DNA of 64,000 nt from Candidatus Krumholzibacteriia bacterium (GTDB lineage: Bacteria > Krumholzibacteriota > Krumholzibacteriia > LZORAL124-64-63): positions 18,189 to 82,188 of the forward strand of contig DAOTGJ010000012.1 in assembly GCA_035447065.1 (NCBI GenBank), read 5' to 3'. The translations under genes were made by a program, and so were the position numbers. This document shows, piece after piece, positions 1-6,860 of the stretch (position 1 is the first letter of the stretch; every line of letters begins with the position of its first letter). The notes below the pieces were generated by a model. The model ran no database searches. It was not told where the DNA came from and saw only the letters and a list, made by a program, of their open reading frames with translations.

Positions 1-264
1 CCGGTGGACGGGGAGGAGACCCTGCCCGCCGTCTTCGGCAGCCTCATCACGCAGATCGCCTCCGACGCGGCGGCCACGCGGCTGCAGCTCGAGAGCCAGA
101 CCCAGGTGGTGGACGCCCTCAACACCCGTCTGGACGCCGTGCGCGGCGTGAGCCTGGACGAGGAGGCGGCCGACATGGCCCGCTACCAGAACGCATACGC
201 CGCCTCCGCCAAGGTGGTGGCCGCGGCGCAGACCCTCTTCAGCACCGTGCTGGAGATGCTCTAA
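1..264 (+). CDS. flgK: flagellar hook-associated protein 1 (FlgK), C-terminal fragment; gene continues upstream of window
   Basis: Frame-1 ORF runs off the 5' edge. The C-terminal helical region (...YQNAYAASAKVVAAAQTLFSTVLEML) is typical of hook-associated/flagellin-superfamily C-termini. It is directly followed by flgL. Confidence 0.55.
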   Translation, partial: PVDGEETLPAVFGSLITQIASDAAATRLQLESQTQVVDALNTRLDAVRGVSLDEEAADMARYQNAYAASAKVVAAAQTLFSTVLEML

Positions 265-280
265 CGAGCGAGGAAGGACC

Positions 281-1837
281 ATGGCCTTGCGAGTGACCGA
301 ACATCAGATCGCGCAGATGATCTACCTGGGCACCCAGAACAACCTGGGGCGCATGGCCGAGCTGCAGGAGCAGAGCGCCAGCGGCCGCCGCGTGAACTCC
401 TACGCCGACGACCCGCGCGGCGTGAGCCTGACGCGGCACTACGAGTCGCTGCTGTCGCAGAACGACCAGTACCGCAGCAACATCGGCCGCGCACGGACCA
501 TCGTGGAGAACACGGACACGGCGCTGCAGGACCTCCTGGAGGTGCTGCGCGACGCCGCCACCGTGGCCCGCCGCGAGGTCTCCGGCGCGTCCAGCAACTG
601 GCAGACGCGCAACGTGGGCGCGGCGGAGGTGGAGGGCGTCATCGGCCAGGCCATCTCGCTGCTCAACCAGTCCGTGGAGGGCAGCTCGCTCTTCGGCGGC
701 TTCCGCACGGACCTGGATCCGTTCATCCGCTCGGCCACCGGCGAGGTGCAGTACCAGGGCGACACCAACATCATGCAGGTGCGCATCGGACCCAGCACGC
801 AGATCGGCATCAACGTGCCGGGCAGCGAGCTGCTGGGCTCGGACCGCTCGGTGCTGTCCGGCTTCGGCGACCTCTCGCCGCGGCTGGATCCCACCACGGC
901 CCTGTCGGCCATCAGCCACGGCAACGGCTGGAGCATGGGCAGCATCCAGTTCACCGACGCCAGCGGCATCGAGAAGACGGTGGACCTCAGCGGCGCCGGG
1001 ACCATCGCCGACGTGATCTCCATCCTGGGCGCCGCGGGCCTGACCGCGGCCATCAGCGCCGACGGCAGCGGCCTCGCCGTGACCGACCCCGCGGGCGGCC
1101 CCCTGAGCATCCGCGACGCCGCGGGCGGCGACACGGCCACCACCCTGGGCATCGTGGGCGCGTCCGACGCCGGCGTCATCGACGGTTCGGACATCCGCGC
1201 CTCGGCGGGCTGGACCCAGAACCTGGTGGACATCGACTCGCTGGCCGGGGCCCTGCCCCTGGGCTCCATCCACCTGGAGATGGACGGCCAGGACGTGACC
1301 ATCGACCTGAGCGCCGCCGCCACCCTGGACGACGTGCGCACGGCCTTCGAGAGCGCCGTCACCGCGGCGGGCCTGCCGCCGCTGACCATGGAGCTGTCCG
1401 GGGCGGCCATCAACGTGGTCTCCATCACGGGCGCCTCCTGGGTCATCTCCAACGAGCCCGGCGACGGCACCGCCGACGCGCTGGGCCTCTCGGGCGAAGG
1501 CCGCCCCGCGCGCCTCTTCGGCACCCTGGAGAACCTGGTGGCCGCCCTGCGCGCCGACGACACCACGGCCATCCGGACGGCCATCGGCGAGCTGGAGGGC
1601 ATCGAGCAGCACATCCTGGAGCTGGAGATCCAGGTGGCCGGCCGCGAGACCATGCTGGACTGGATGGACGGGCTGCTCACGGACCGCGACCTGCAGCTGG
1701 AGACCAACCTCAGCAAGGTGCGCGACGCGGACATCATCGAGGTGGCGTCCAACCTGGCCCAGGCCGAGACCGCCTACCAGGCCAGCCTGCTGGTCTCCAG
1801 CAAGCTGCTCCAGATGAACCTGTTCCATTACCTGTAG
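281..1837 (+). CDS. flgL: flagellar hook-associated protein 3 (FlgL)
   Basis: 518 aa with flagellin-like conserved N-terminal (IYLGTQNNLGRMAELQEQSASGRRVNSYADDP) and C-terminal (ETAYQASLLVSSKLLQMNL) helices. ATG preceded by a GAGGAAGG Shine-Dalgarno. Positioned flgK-flgL-fliW-csrA as in Bacillus. Confidence 0.8.
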   Translation: MALRVTEHQIAQMIYLGTQNNLGRMAELQEQSASGRRVNSYADDPRGVSLTRHYESLLSQNDQYRSNIGRARTIVENTDTALQDLLEVLRDAATVARREVSGASSNWQTRNVGAAEVEGVIGQAISLLNQSVEGSSLFGGFRTDLDPFIRSATGEVQYQGDTNIMQVRIGPSTQIGINVPGSELLGSDRSVLSGFGDLSPRLDPTTALSAISHGNGWSMGSIQFTDASGIEKTVDLSGAGTIADVISILGAAGLTAAISADGSGLAVTDPAGGPLSIRDAAGGDTATTLGIVGASDAGVIDGSDIRASAGWTQNLVDIDSLAGALPLGSIHLEMDGQDVTIDLSAAATLDDVRTAFESAVTAAGLPPLTMELSGAAINVVSITGASWVISNEPGDGTADALGLSGEGRPARLFGTLENLVAALRADDTTAIRTAIGELEGIEQHILELEIQVAGRETMLDWMDGLLTDRDLQLETNLSKVRDADIIEVASNLAQAETAYQASLLVSSKLLQMNLFHYL

Positions 1838-1861
1838 TCGAACCCGAGCGGAGGACGACCG

Positions 1862-2392
1862 ATGAACGCCAAGTCCCACGACCTGACCCGGACCCCCGAC
1901 GCGGACCTGATCCTCCTGCCCGAGGGCCTGGTGGGCCTGCCGGAACTGAAGCGCTGGGTGCTGCTGGAGAACGATCCGCCGCTGCCCATCCGCTGGCTGG
2001 CCAGCCTGGACCGCGAGGGGTTCCGCCTGCCGGTGACCGAGCCGGGCTGGTTCGACCCCGATTACGCCTTCGATCTGGACGACCGCGCGGAGCAGGCCCT
2101 GCAGGTGCGCCGGGCCGAGGATCTGGCCGTGCTGATCGTCACCACGGTGACGGCGGGCGGGGAGCGGATCACGGGCAACCTGACGGCGCCGTTGGTGGTC
2201 AACATCCACAGCCGCAAGGGGTTGCAGTACATCCTGGACGATCGAAAGTATTCCTTGCACGCCGAGATCGATTCTGTCAGGTTCGGCCTGGCCATCGCCG
2301 AGCCGGACAGCGACGCAGCGGATTCGTCCGTGGACAGCGCCGCTCCGGCCCAGTATTCTGAGGACGGGGAGCCCGTCCTGGTGGACGGCTAG
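1862..2392 (+). CDS. fliW: flagellar assembly factor FliW (CsrA antagonist)
   Basis: 176 aa with FliW-like segments (LPEGLVGLPELKRW, TGNLTAPLVVN). Lies immediately upstream of csrA and downstream of flgL. Confidence 0.8.
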   Translation: MNAKSHDLTRTPDADLILLPEGLVGLPELKRWVLLENDPPLPIRWLASLDREGFRLPVTEPGWFDPDYAFDLDDRAEQALQVRRAEDLAVLIVTTVTAGGERITGNLTAPLVVNIHSRKGLQYILDDRKYSLHAEIDSVRFGLAIAEPDSDAADSSVDSAAPAQYSEDGEPVLVDG

Positions 2393-2458
2393 CGCGACGG
2401 ATCGTCACAGCCCGGATCCCGCCCACACGCGCCGGGCCCAGCGGGACATGGAGGTCAC

Positions 2459-2722
2459 GTGCTCATCCTCAGCCGCAAACGGAACGAGAAGATCATGATC
2501 GGAGACAACATCTCCATCATGATCGTGGACATCCGTGGCGATCAGGTGCAGGTCGGCATCGACGCCCCGCGCTCCATCCCGGTCCACCGCCATGAGATCT
2601 ATGAAGAGATCAAGGGCGTGACCCTCAGCGCCGCGGAGACCGACCCGGCGGACCTGGGCAAGCTGCGCGGCCGCAAGAACGGCAAGCCGCAGCCCAAGCC
2701 GGAGGACGGGAAGAAGGACTAG
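2459..2722 (+). CDS. csrA: carbon storage regulator CsrA (translational repressor of flagellin), with Lys/Pro-rich C-terminal extension
   Basis: N-terminal [52 protein letters not shown] matches CsrA almost position by position. GTG start with GGAGG 6 nt upstream. The 87 aa length gives it a basic, proline-rich tail. Confidence 0.85.
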   Translation: MLILSRKRNEKIMIGDNISIMIVDIRGDQVQVGIDAPRSIPVHRHEIYEEIKGVTLSAAETDPADLGKLRGRKNGKPQPKPEDGKKD

Positions 2723-2731
2723 GGGAGTCCG

Positions 2732-3061
2732 TCAGACGCGACGGTTCAGGAAGCACGGCGCCTCGGCGTCGTGCTTTTTCGTGCGGGGGCCCCGGTCGTT
2801 GAGGCGCTGCAGCTCGCGGGCGGCGTCGGCCTTGCCCCGGGCCAGGGCCTCGCCCAGCTCCAGGTCCAGGGCCTGCACCTGCGCCACGATGGCCAGCACG
2901 GCCTCGGGCACGGGCCGGTCCGCGGGGCGGGCGGCGTCCAGATCGTGCAGGAGATCGGCGCGGCGGGCCAGCAGGGCCTCGGCGGCGGGGAAGTCGCCCG
3001 CCGCCAGCGCCTCGCGCAGGGCCTCGGTCACGCTCAGGATGTCGCGGGCCAGGGTTTCCAT
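2732..3061 (-). CDS. small helical protein downstream of fliS, possibly a FliT-like flagellar export chaperone
   Basis: 110 aa from an internal ATG (METLARDILSVTEALREALAAGD...). Its start is 4 nt after the fliS stop with no Shine-Dalgarno, which fits translational coupling. Position matches fliT in the Bacillus fliD-fliS-fliT order. No recognisable motif, so the product call is tentative. The upstream in-frame extension is Arg/Pro-rich and looks non-coding. Confidence 0.35.
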   Translation of the reverse strand: METLARDILSVTEALREALAAGDFPAAEALLARRADLLHDLDAARPADRPVPEAVLAIVAQVQALDLELGEALARGKADAARELQRLNDRGPRTKKHDAEAPCFLNRRV

Positions 3062-3065
3062 GGGA

Positions 3066-3596
3066 TCAGACGGCCACGCAGAGGTTGGTGCGGCGCTCGT
3101 CCGCGGTCTCGGACGGCGCGGCCTCCGGGGCCGGCCGCGAGGAAGCACGATCCATGCCCACGTTGCCGATGTCCTCGGCCGGCACGGAATCCATGGCGGG
3201 GCCGCGGCGGTGCTCGGGCCGGTTCGCCAGCAGGGGCACCTCGCGCCAGGCGGCCAGCAGGGGGCGCAGGGTGCGCTTCACGTGGTCGATGTGCACGGGG
3301 TCGCGGTCGATGCTCAGCTCCGTCAGCTCCCGGTGGCAGAAGCGGTAGAGGGCCGACAGGTCGCGCGTGAAGCTCGCGCCGGCCTCGTGGTCCAGGGCCG
3401 CCTCCAGCTCGTTGAGGATCGCCTGCACCTTGCCCACGTTCAGTGCGCGCTCGGCGATGTCGCCGTCCAGCAGCGCCTGCAGCGTGCGGTCCAGGAAGCG
3501 GTCCATGCCCTCGTAGAGCATCACGATCATGCGTTCCGGGGTGACCGACTGGACGGCCACGGTCTGGTACTGGCGGATGTTGCGGGCGTGCAGCAT
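3066..3596 (-). CDS. fliS: flagellin-specific export chaperone FliS with about 50 aa C-terminal tail
   Basis: N-terminal YQTVAVQSVTPERMIVMLYEGMDRFLDRT matches the FliS signature. Located downstream of fliD. At 176 aa it is longer than the usual 125-135 aa. Confidence 0.8.
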   Translation of the reverse strand: MLHARNIRQYQTVAVQSVTPERMIVMLYEGMDRFLDRTLQALLDGDIAERALNVGKVQAILNELEAALDHEAGASFTRDLSALYRFCHRELTELSIDRDPVHIDHVKRTLRPLLAAWREVPLLANRPEHRRGPAMDSVPAEDIGNVGMDRASSRPAPEAAPSETADERRTNLCVAV

Positions 3597-3623
3597 GGGT
3601 CCTGGGCGCTCCTTCAGTGCGTT

Positions 3624-4958
3624 CTAGCTGTTGCTCGAGCCGATGACGGTGAAGCTGGACAGGGCGCTGCCCTGGCTGCTCAGCGTGGCGATGAGCGACT
3701 CCATGGCCGTGAACTGGGCCTTGATGCGCTCCTCGTACGAGGCCACCATGCGCTCGTAGCGCTCGATGGCCCGCTCGGACGATTCGATGCGGTCGTCCAG
3801 GGCCTCGTCGCTCACGGCCAGCAGGCCGTTCTCGCTGTCGGTCAGGTCCTCCAGGGCCAGACCCAGCTGCGACACGGTGCCCACGTGGTCGCCGTTGGTG
3901 ACGAAGAGGTCGCGCACGCCGGTGTAGTCCGTGGCCACGGCCTCGGTGAAGGCGCTCTCGTCGAAGCTCAGCAGGCCGTCCTCGGCCTGCTTGATCCCCA
4001 CCTGGGAGAGCATGGAGAAGTCGGCGCCCGGCAGGGCGGTGGTCATCACGCGCTGCACGCGGTCGACCACGCTGCGCAGGCTGCCGTCGCCCCGCAGTGT
4101 GGCGTCGTCCTGGCGCTGCATCTCCACGTAGTTGAACAGCTCGTTGTAGGCGTCCACGAACCCCTGGACCTTCTCCATGATCCCCTCGGGATCCACGGAC
4201 ACGTCCAGGCTGAACGTGGTGCCGGCGTCGGCCGCCAGCAGGTCGATGGTCACGCCCTCGATGGCCGAGGCCAGGCTGTTGGTCTGGCTGCTGACCGTGA
4301 GGCCGTCGATGATCACCTCGGCGTTGCCGGCCGGGTTCACGTTGGTGAACGCGGGGCCGGTGCCGCCGGTCAGGCCGCTGGCGTCGATGGAGAACGCGGC
4401 GTCCGTGCCGGTCTCCTCCGCGGTCAGAACCAGGTAGTTGCCGCCGGTCTCGCTGCCGTCGTTCAGGATGGTGGCCGTGACCGGAGCGCCCGATTCGTTG
4501 ATGGCGAAACGGAGGTCGCTCAGGCTGCTGGCCCCGGCGGTGAGCTCGATGTTGTAGGTGTCGCCGCCGGCGAGGATGGTGAAGGTGCCGGTGCCCACGC
4601 TGTCCGTGGAGGAGTCGAACCCCTGCGACCGCTCCTTCTGGGCGGTGGCCAGGGCGTTGACCGTGATCTCGTAGGACCCCTGCTGGGCCAGGTAGCCGGC
4701 CGACGCCGTGAGCAGGTCCTCCTGGCCCGAGACGGCGCTCAGGGAGCTGTACTCCCGGGGCGTGTCCAGGTCCTGGACCTTCTCCAGCAGGGCCTGCAGC
4801 TTGCCGCGCAGGTCGCCGTACGCGCTCTTCTTCTGCTGGAAACCCTGGATCCGGGTCTCCAGCCGGTTGATGGGCGCGCGGCGCAGGGCCACCAGCTGGG
4901 ACACGATGGTCCCGGTGTCCAATCCGCTCGCGATGCCGCTGAACGAGAACGTGCTCAT
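3624..4958 (-). CDS. fliD: flagellar filament cap protein FliD
   Basis: 444 aa. N-terminal SGIASGLDTGTIVSQLVALRRAPINRLETRIQGFQQKKSAYGDL and C-terminal coiled region are typical FliD. GGGAGG Shine-Dalgarno upstream on the minus strand. Lies between fliC and fliS. Confidence 0.85.
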   Translation of the reverse strand: MSTFSFSGIASGLDTGTIVSQLVALRRAPINRLETRIQGFQQKKSAYGDLRGKLQALLEKVQDLDTPREYSSLSAVSGQEDLLTASAGYLAQQGSYEITVNALATAQKERSQGFDSSTDSVGTGTFTILAGGDTYNIELTAGASSLSDLRFAINESGAPVTATILNDGSETGGNYLVLTAEETGTDAAFSIDASGLTGGTGPAFTNVNPAGNAEVIIDGLTVSSQTNSLASAIEGVTIDLLAADAGTTFSLDVSVDPEGIMEKVQGFVDAYNELFNYVEMQRQDDATLRGDGSLRSVVDRVQRVMTTALPGADFSMLSQVGIKQAEDGLLSFDESAFTEAVATDYTGVRDLFVTNGDHVGTVSQLGLALEDLTDSENGLLAVSDEALDDRIESSERAIERYERMVASYEERIKAQFTAMESLIATLSSQGSALSSFTVIGSSNS

Positions 4959-4987
4959 GATCGCCTCCCTACGGTCATGATCCCGCG

Positions 4988-5016
4988 GCGGAGCCCCCCG
5001 GGATGGGGGGCCCCGC
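4988..5016 (-). terminator. very stable GC hairpin between fliC stop and fliD start (attenuator or 3' stabiliser; no U-tract)
   Basis: The minus strand reads GCGGGGCCCCCC-ATCCC-GGGGGGCTCCGC, a 12-bp stem with one G.U pair, beginning 10 nt after the fliC TAA. Confidence 0.45.
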
Positions 5017-5031
5017 CCTCGGAGTTGCGGC

Positions 5032-5865
5032 TTACTGGAGCAGGCTCAGAGCCATCTGGGGGCTCATGTTGGCCTGGGCCAGGACGGACACGCCGGCCTG
5101 CTGCAGGATCTGGCTGCTGGTCATCGTGCTGGTCTCGGCAGCGATGTCCACGTCGCGGATCCGGCTGTTGGCGGCGGACACGTTCTCACGGGTGTTCTCG
5201 ATCGTCCGCATGGCGGACTCGAGACGGTTCTGGGTCACACCGAAGTCGGCGCGCCAGTCGTTCAGGGTGCTGATGGCGCTCTCGACAGCATCGATCGCCG
5301 TGAGGGCGTTGGAGTTGTCAGCGCCATCGACCTGCACCTGGGAGATGTCCACACCGAGGTCGTCGGCAGCCGTGGCGTTCGACAGGTCGATCTGGATGAT
5401 GTCCGTGGTGTTGGTACCCACCAGGATGTCATTGGTGGTACCGCTGCCGTCCAGCAACTTGATGCCGTTGAACTCCGTGGCGTTCGAGATGCGGGTGATC
5501 TCCTGACCCAGAGCATCGAACTCCGAGTTGATGTACCCGCGCTCGCTGGCGCCCATGGTCTCGTTACCGGCCTGCTGCGCCAGCTCGCGCATGCGGATCA
5601 GGATCCCGGACACCTCGTCCAGGGCGCCTTCCGCCAGCTGCACCATGGACACGCCGTCGGCGGCGTTCCGGTTGGCCTGCTCCAGAGCGCGGATGTCGCT
5701 CTTCATGGTCTCGGAGATGGCCAGACCGGCGGCGTCGTCGGCCGCGCGGTTGATCCGCAGACCGGAGCTCAGGCGCTCCAGCGAACGGTTCAGGGTCATG
5801 GTGCTCTTGTTCAGGTTCCGCTGGGCGTTCAGCGACGCGACGTTGGTGTTGATGCGAAGGGCCAT
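5032..5865 (-). CDS. fliC: flagellin (short, D0/D1-only type)
   Basis: 277 aa. N-terminal MALRINTNVASLNAQRNLNKST..LERLSSGLRINRAADDAAGLAISE and C-terminal ...QILQQAGVSVLAQANMSPQMALSLLQ are canonical flagellin. Strong AAGGAGG Shine-Dalgarno. Confidence 0.9.
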   Translation of the reverse strand: MALRINTNVASLNAQRNLNKSTMTLNRSLERLSSGLRINRAADDAAGLAISETMKSDIRALEQANRNAADGVSMVQLAEGALDEVSGILIRMRELAQQAGNETMGASERGYINSEFDALGQEITRISNATEFNGIKLLDGSGTTNDILVGTNTTDIIQIDLSNATAADDLGVDISQVQVDGADNSNALTAIDAVESAISTLNDWRADFGVTQNRLESAMRTIENTRENVSAANSRIRDVDIAAETSTMTSSQILQQAGVSVLAQANMSPQMALSLLQ

Positions 5866-5949
5866 GGTCTTTCCTCCTTGAAAGGAATCGGAACGATCTT
5901 CCTTGGGGTGATGCAGCCGGGTTGTGTGGTCGTTCGTCAGATCCTTCTG
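5866..5949 (-). promoter_or_regulatory. flagellin 5' leader with GGA-containing hairpins (candidate CsrA binding sites), one overlapping the Shine-Dalgarno
   Basis: The minus-strand leader contains CAGAAGGATCTG, a 4-bp stem with AGGA in the loop. It also contains TTCCTTTCAAGGAGGAAAGACC-ATG, where the stem TTCCT/AGGAA surrounds the AAGGAGG Shine-Dalgarno. There are additional AAGGAAG and GGATGGA motifs. Confidence 0.4.
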
Positions 5950-5985
5950 AGCTCCGACGCGCCCTGCTCCATCCGCAACTGGCCC

Positions 5986-6030
5986 TGTTATCGGGCCGGC
6001 CCCGAGTTTCCTTGAGGCATTTTTTTCAAG
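5986..6030 (-). promoter_or_regulatory. sigma28(FliA)-type promoter candidate for flagellin
   Basis: The minus strand reads ...CAAGGAAACTCGGGGCCGGCCCGATAAC. CCCGATAA matches the sigma28 -10 consensus GCCGATAA in 7 of 8 positions. The -35 is weak (CAAG/TCAA at the expected 15-16 nt spacing). It lies about 120 nt upstream of the fliC ATG. Confidence 0.4.
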
Positions 6031-6271
6031 GAGGTTGTTTTGGTGATGGAACGAACCGACGGAAGGACCCCTCGCACACCGGCGGCGTCATGCTTCGCGG
6101 AACGCTGGAGCGGAGACGCGCGACCCGACGCCGCACGTCGGTTCATGCGTGCGGCATCTCGATGGTGCGGGGCATCAAACAGCAAGCGAGAGGATGCAAG
6201 GTCAAACTGTGCTCAAGTTTTTCGAGCGGACGCCGAAACCATGCGTGTGGTCCACGACTCCGATGCCCCGC

Positions 6272-6288
6272 TGGTATCAGCCTTGCAT
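6272..6288 (+). promoter_or_regulatory. sigma54 (-24/-12) promoter candidate upstream of flgM
   Basis: TGGTATCAGCCTTGCAT has GG and GC exactly 12 nt apart and a TTGCA -12 element (consensus TGGCAC-N5-TTGCW). It lies about 65 nt upstream of the flgM ATG. Confidence 0.55.
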
Positions 6289-6351
6289 CGCCCGGGGGAA
6301 ACTGAGACCATCGACACCCGGCCCAGGTGTCTTAGTAAGGAGACGAAAGAC

Positions 6352-6717
6352 ATGGCGACGGATAAGGTGAACCTCTCTTCGCTGAACTCGGCGATGGCGC
6401 GGTTCCAGCAGACCCAGGCCGCGCAGGATCAGGCCAAGGCCGCCCAGAGCGGCGGCGCCGCGCGCGAGTCGGTGCAGCCCGCCAACGTGGGCGACCGCTT
6501 CGAGCGCTCGGCCGAGGCCGAATCCTACGCGAAGCTGCGCGAGACGATGGATCTCGGTCGCGCGGCCGTGGCCCAGGAGCCCGACATGCGCCAGGAGCGC
6601 ATCGACGAGGTGAAGACCAAGCTGCTCGAGGGCAAGGTCATCACGCCCGAGGTCAAGGAGCAGGTGGCTCAGAGCCTCGAGCGCGTCATGAAGATCCTGG
6701 ACCTCTTCGTCAGCTGA
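6352..6717 (+). CDS. flgM: anti-sigma-28 factor FlgM
   Basis: 121 aa from ATG 6352, with AGGAGA Shine-Dalgarno 8 nt upstream. C-terminal ERIDEVKTKLLEGKVITPEVKEQVAQSL resembles the FlgM sigma28-binding helices. The longer six-frame ORF from 6040 has low GC at third codon positions upstream of 6352 and is rejected. Confidence 0.65.
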   Translation: MATDKVNLSSLNSAMARFQQTQAAQDQAKAAQSGGAARESVQPANVGDRFERSAEAESYAKLRETMDLGRAAVAQEPDMRQERIDEVKTKLLEGKVITPEVKEQVAQSLERVMKILDLFVS

Positions 6718-6780
6718 GCGGCGGATTTCCCTCCGCCGCTCGGCGGCGCCCCCCCGGTGTTTCCCGACACCGTGTTTTTG
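6718..6780 (+). terminator. tandem hairpins after flgM, the second followed by a T-tract (intrinsic terminator)
   Basis: GCGGCGG-atttccct-CCGCCGC, then CCGGTGT-ttcccg-ACACCG followed by TGTTTTTGC. Confidence 0.55.
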
Positions 6781-6781
6781 C

Positions 6782-6810
6782 TTGCCACCGGTGATCAGAA
6801 TTCTTACAGT
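6782..6810 (+). promoter_or_regulatory. sigma70-type promoter candidate for the sensor-kinase/sigma54-regulator operon
   Basis: TTGCCA (5 of 6 vs TTGACA), a 17-nt spacer, then TACAGT (4 of 6 vs TATAAT). Sits in a locally AT-richer stretch about 50 nt upstream of ATG 6861. Confidence 0.45.
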
Positions 6811-6860
6811 CGCGCCCGACAACGCTCCCAGGACGGATCTGCCAAGGGGGTACGGGCCGC

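Noticed and set aside
2716-2750. Two 5-bp inverted repeats (GGACT/AGTCC and CCGTC/GACGG) at the convergent csrA / fliT-like gene ends.
   Set aside because: Stems are short and overlap coding sequence. They could be chance palindromes in GC-rich DNA.
6040-6351. Upstream in-frame extension of flgM, giving a 225-aa ORF preceded by AAGGAGG.
   Set aside because: Third-position GC drops to roughly 60% in this segment, against about 90% in flgM proper. The translation is Arg/Cys/Trp-rich. The segment contains a sigma54 promoter, and a strong AGGAGA Shine-Dalgarno precedes ATG 6352.
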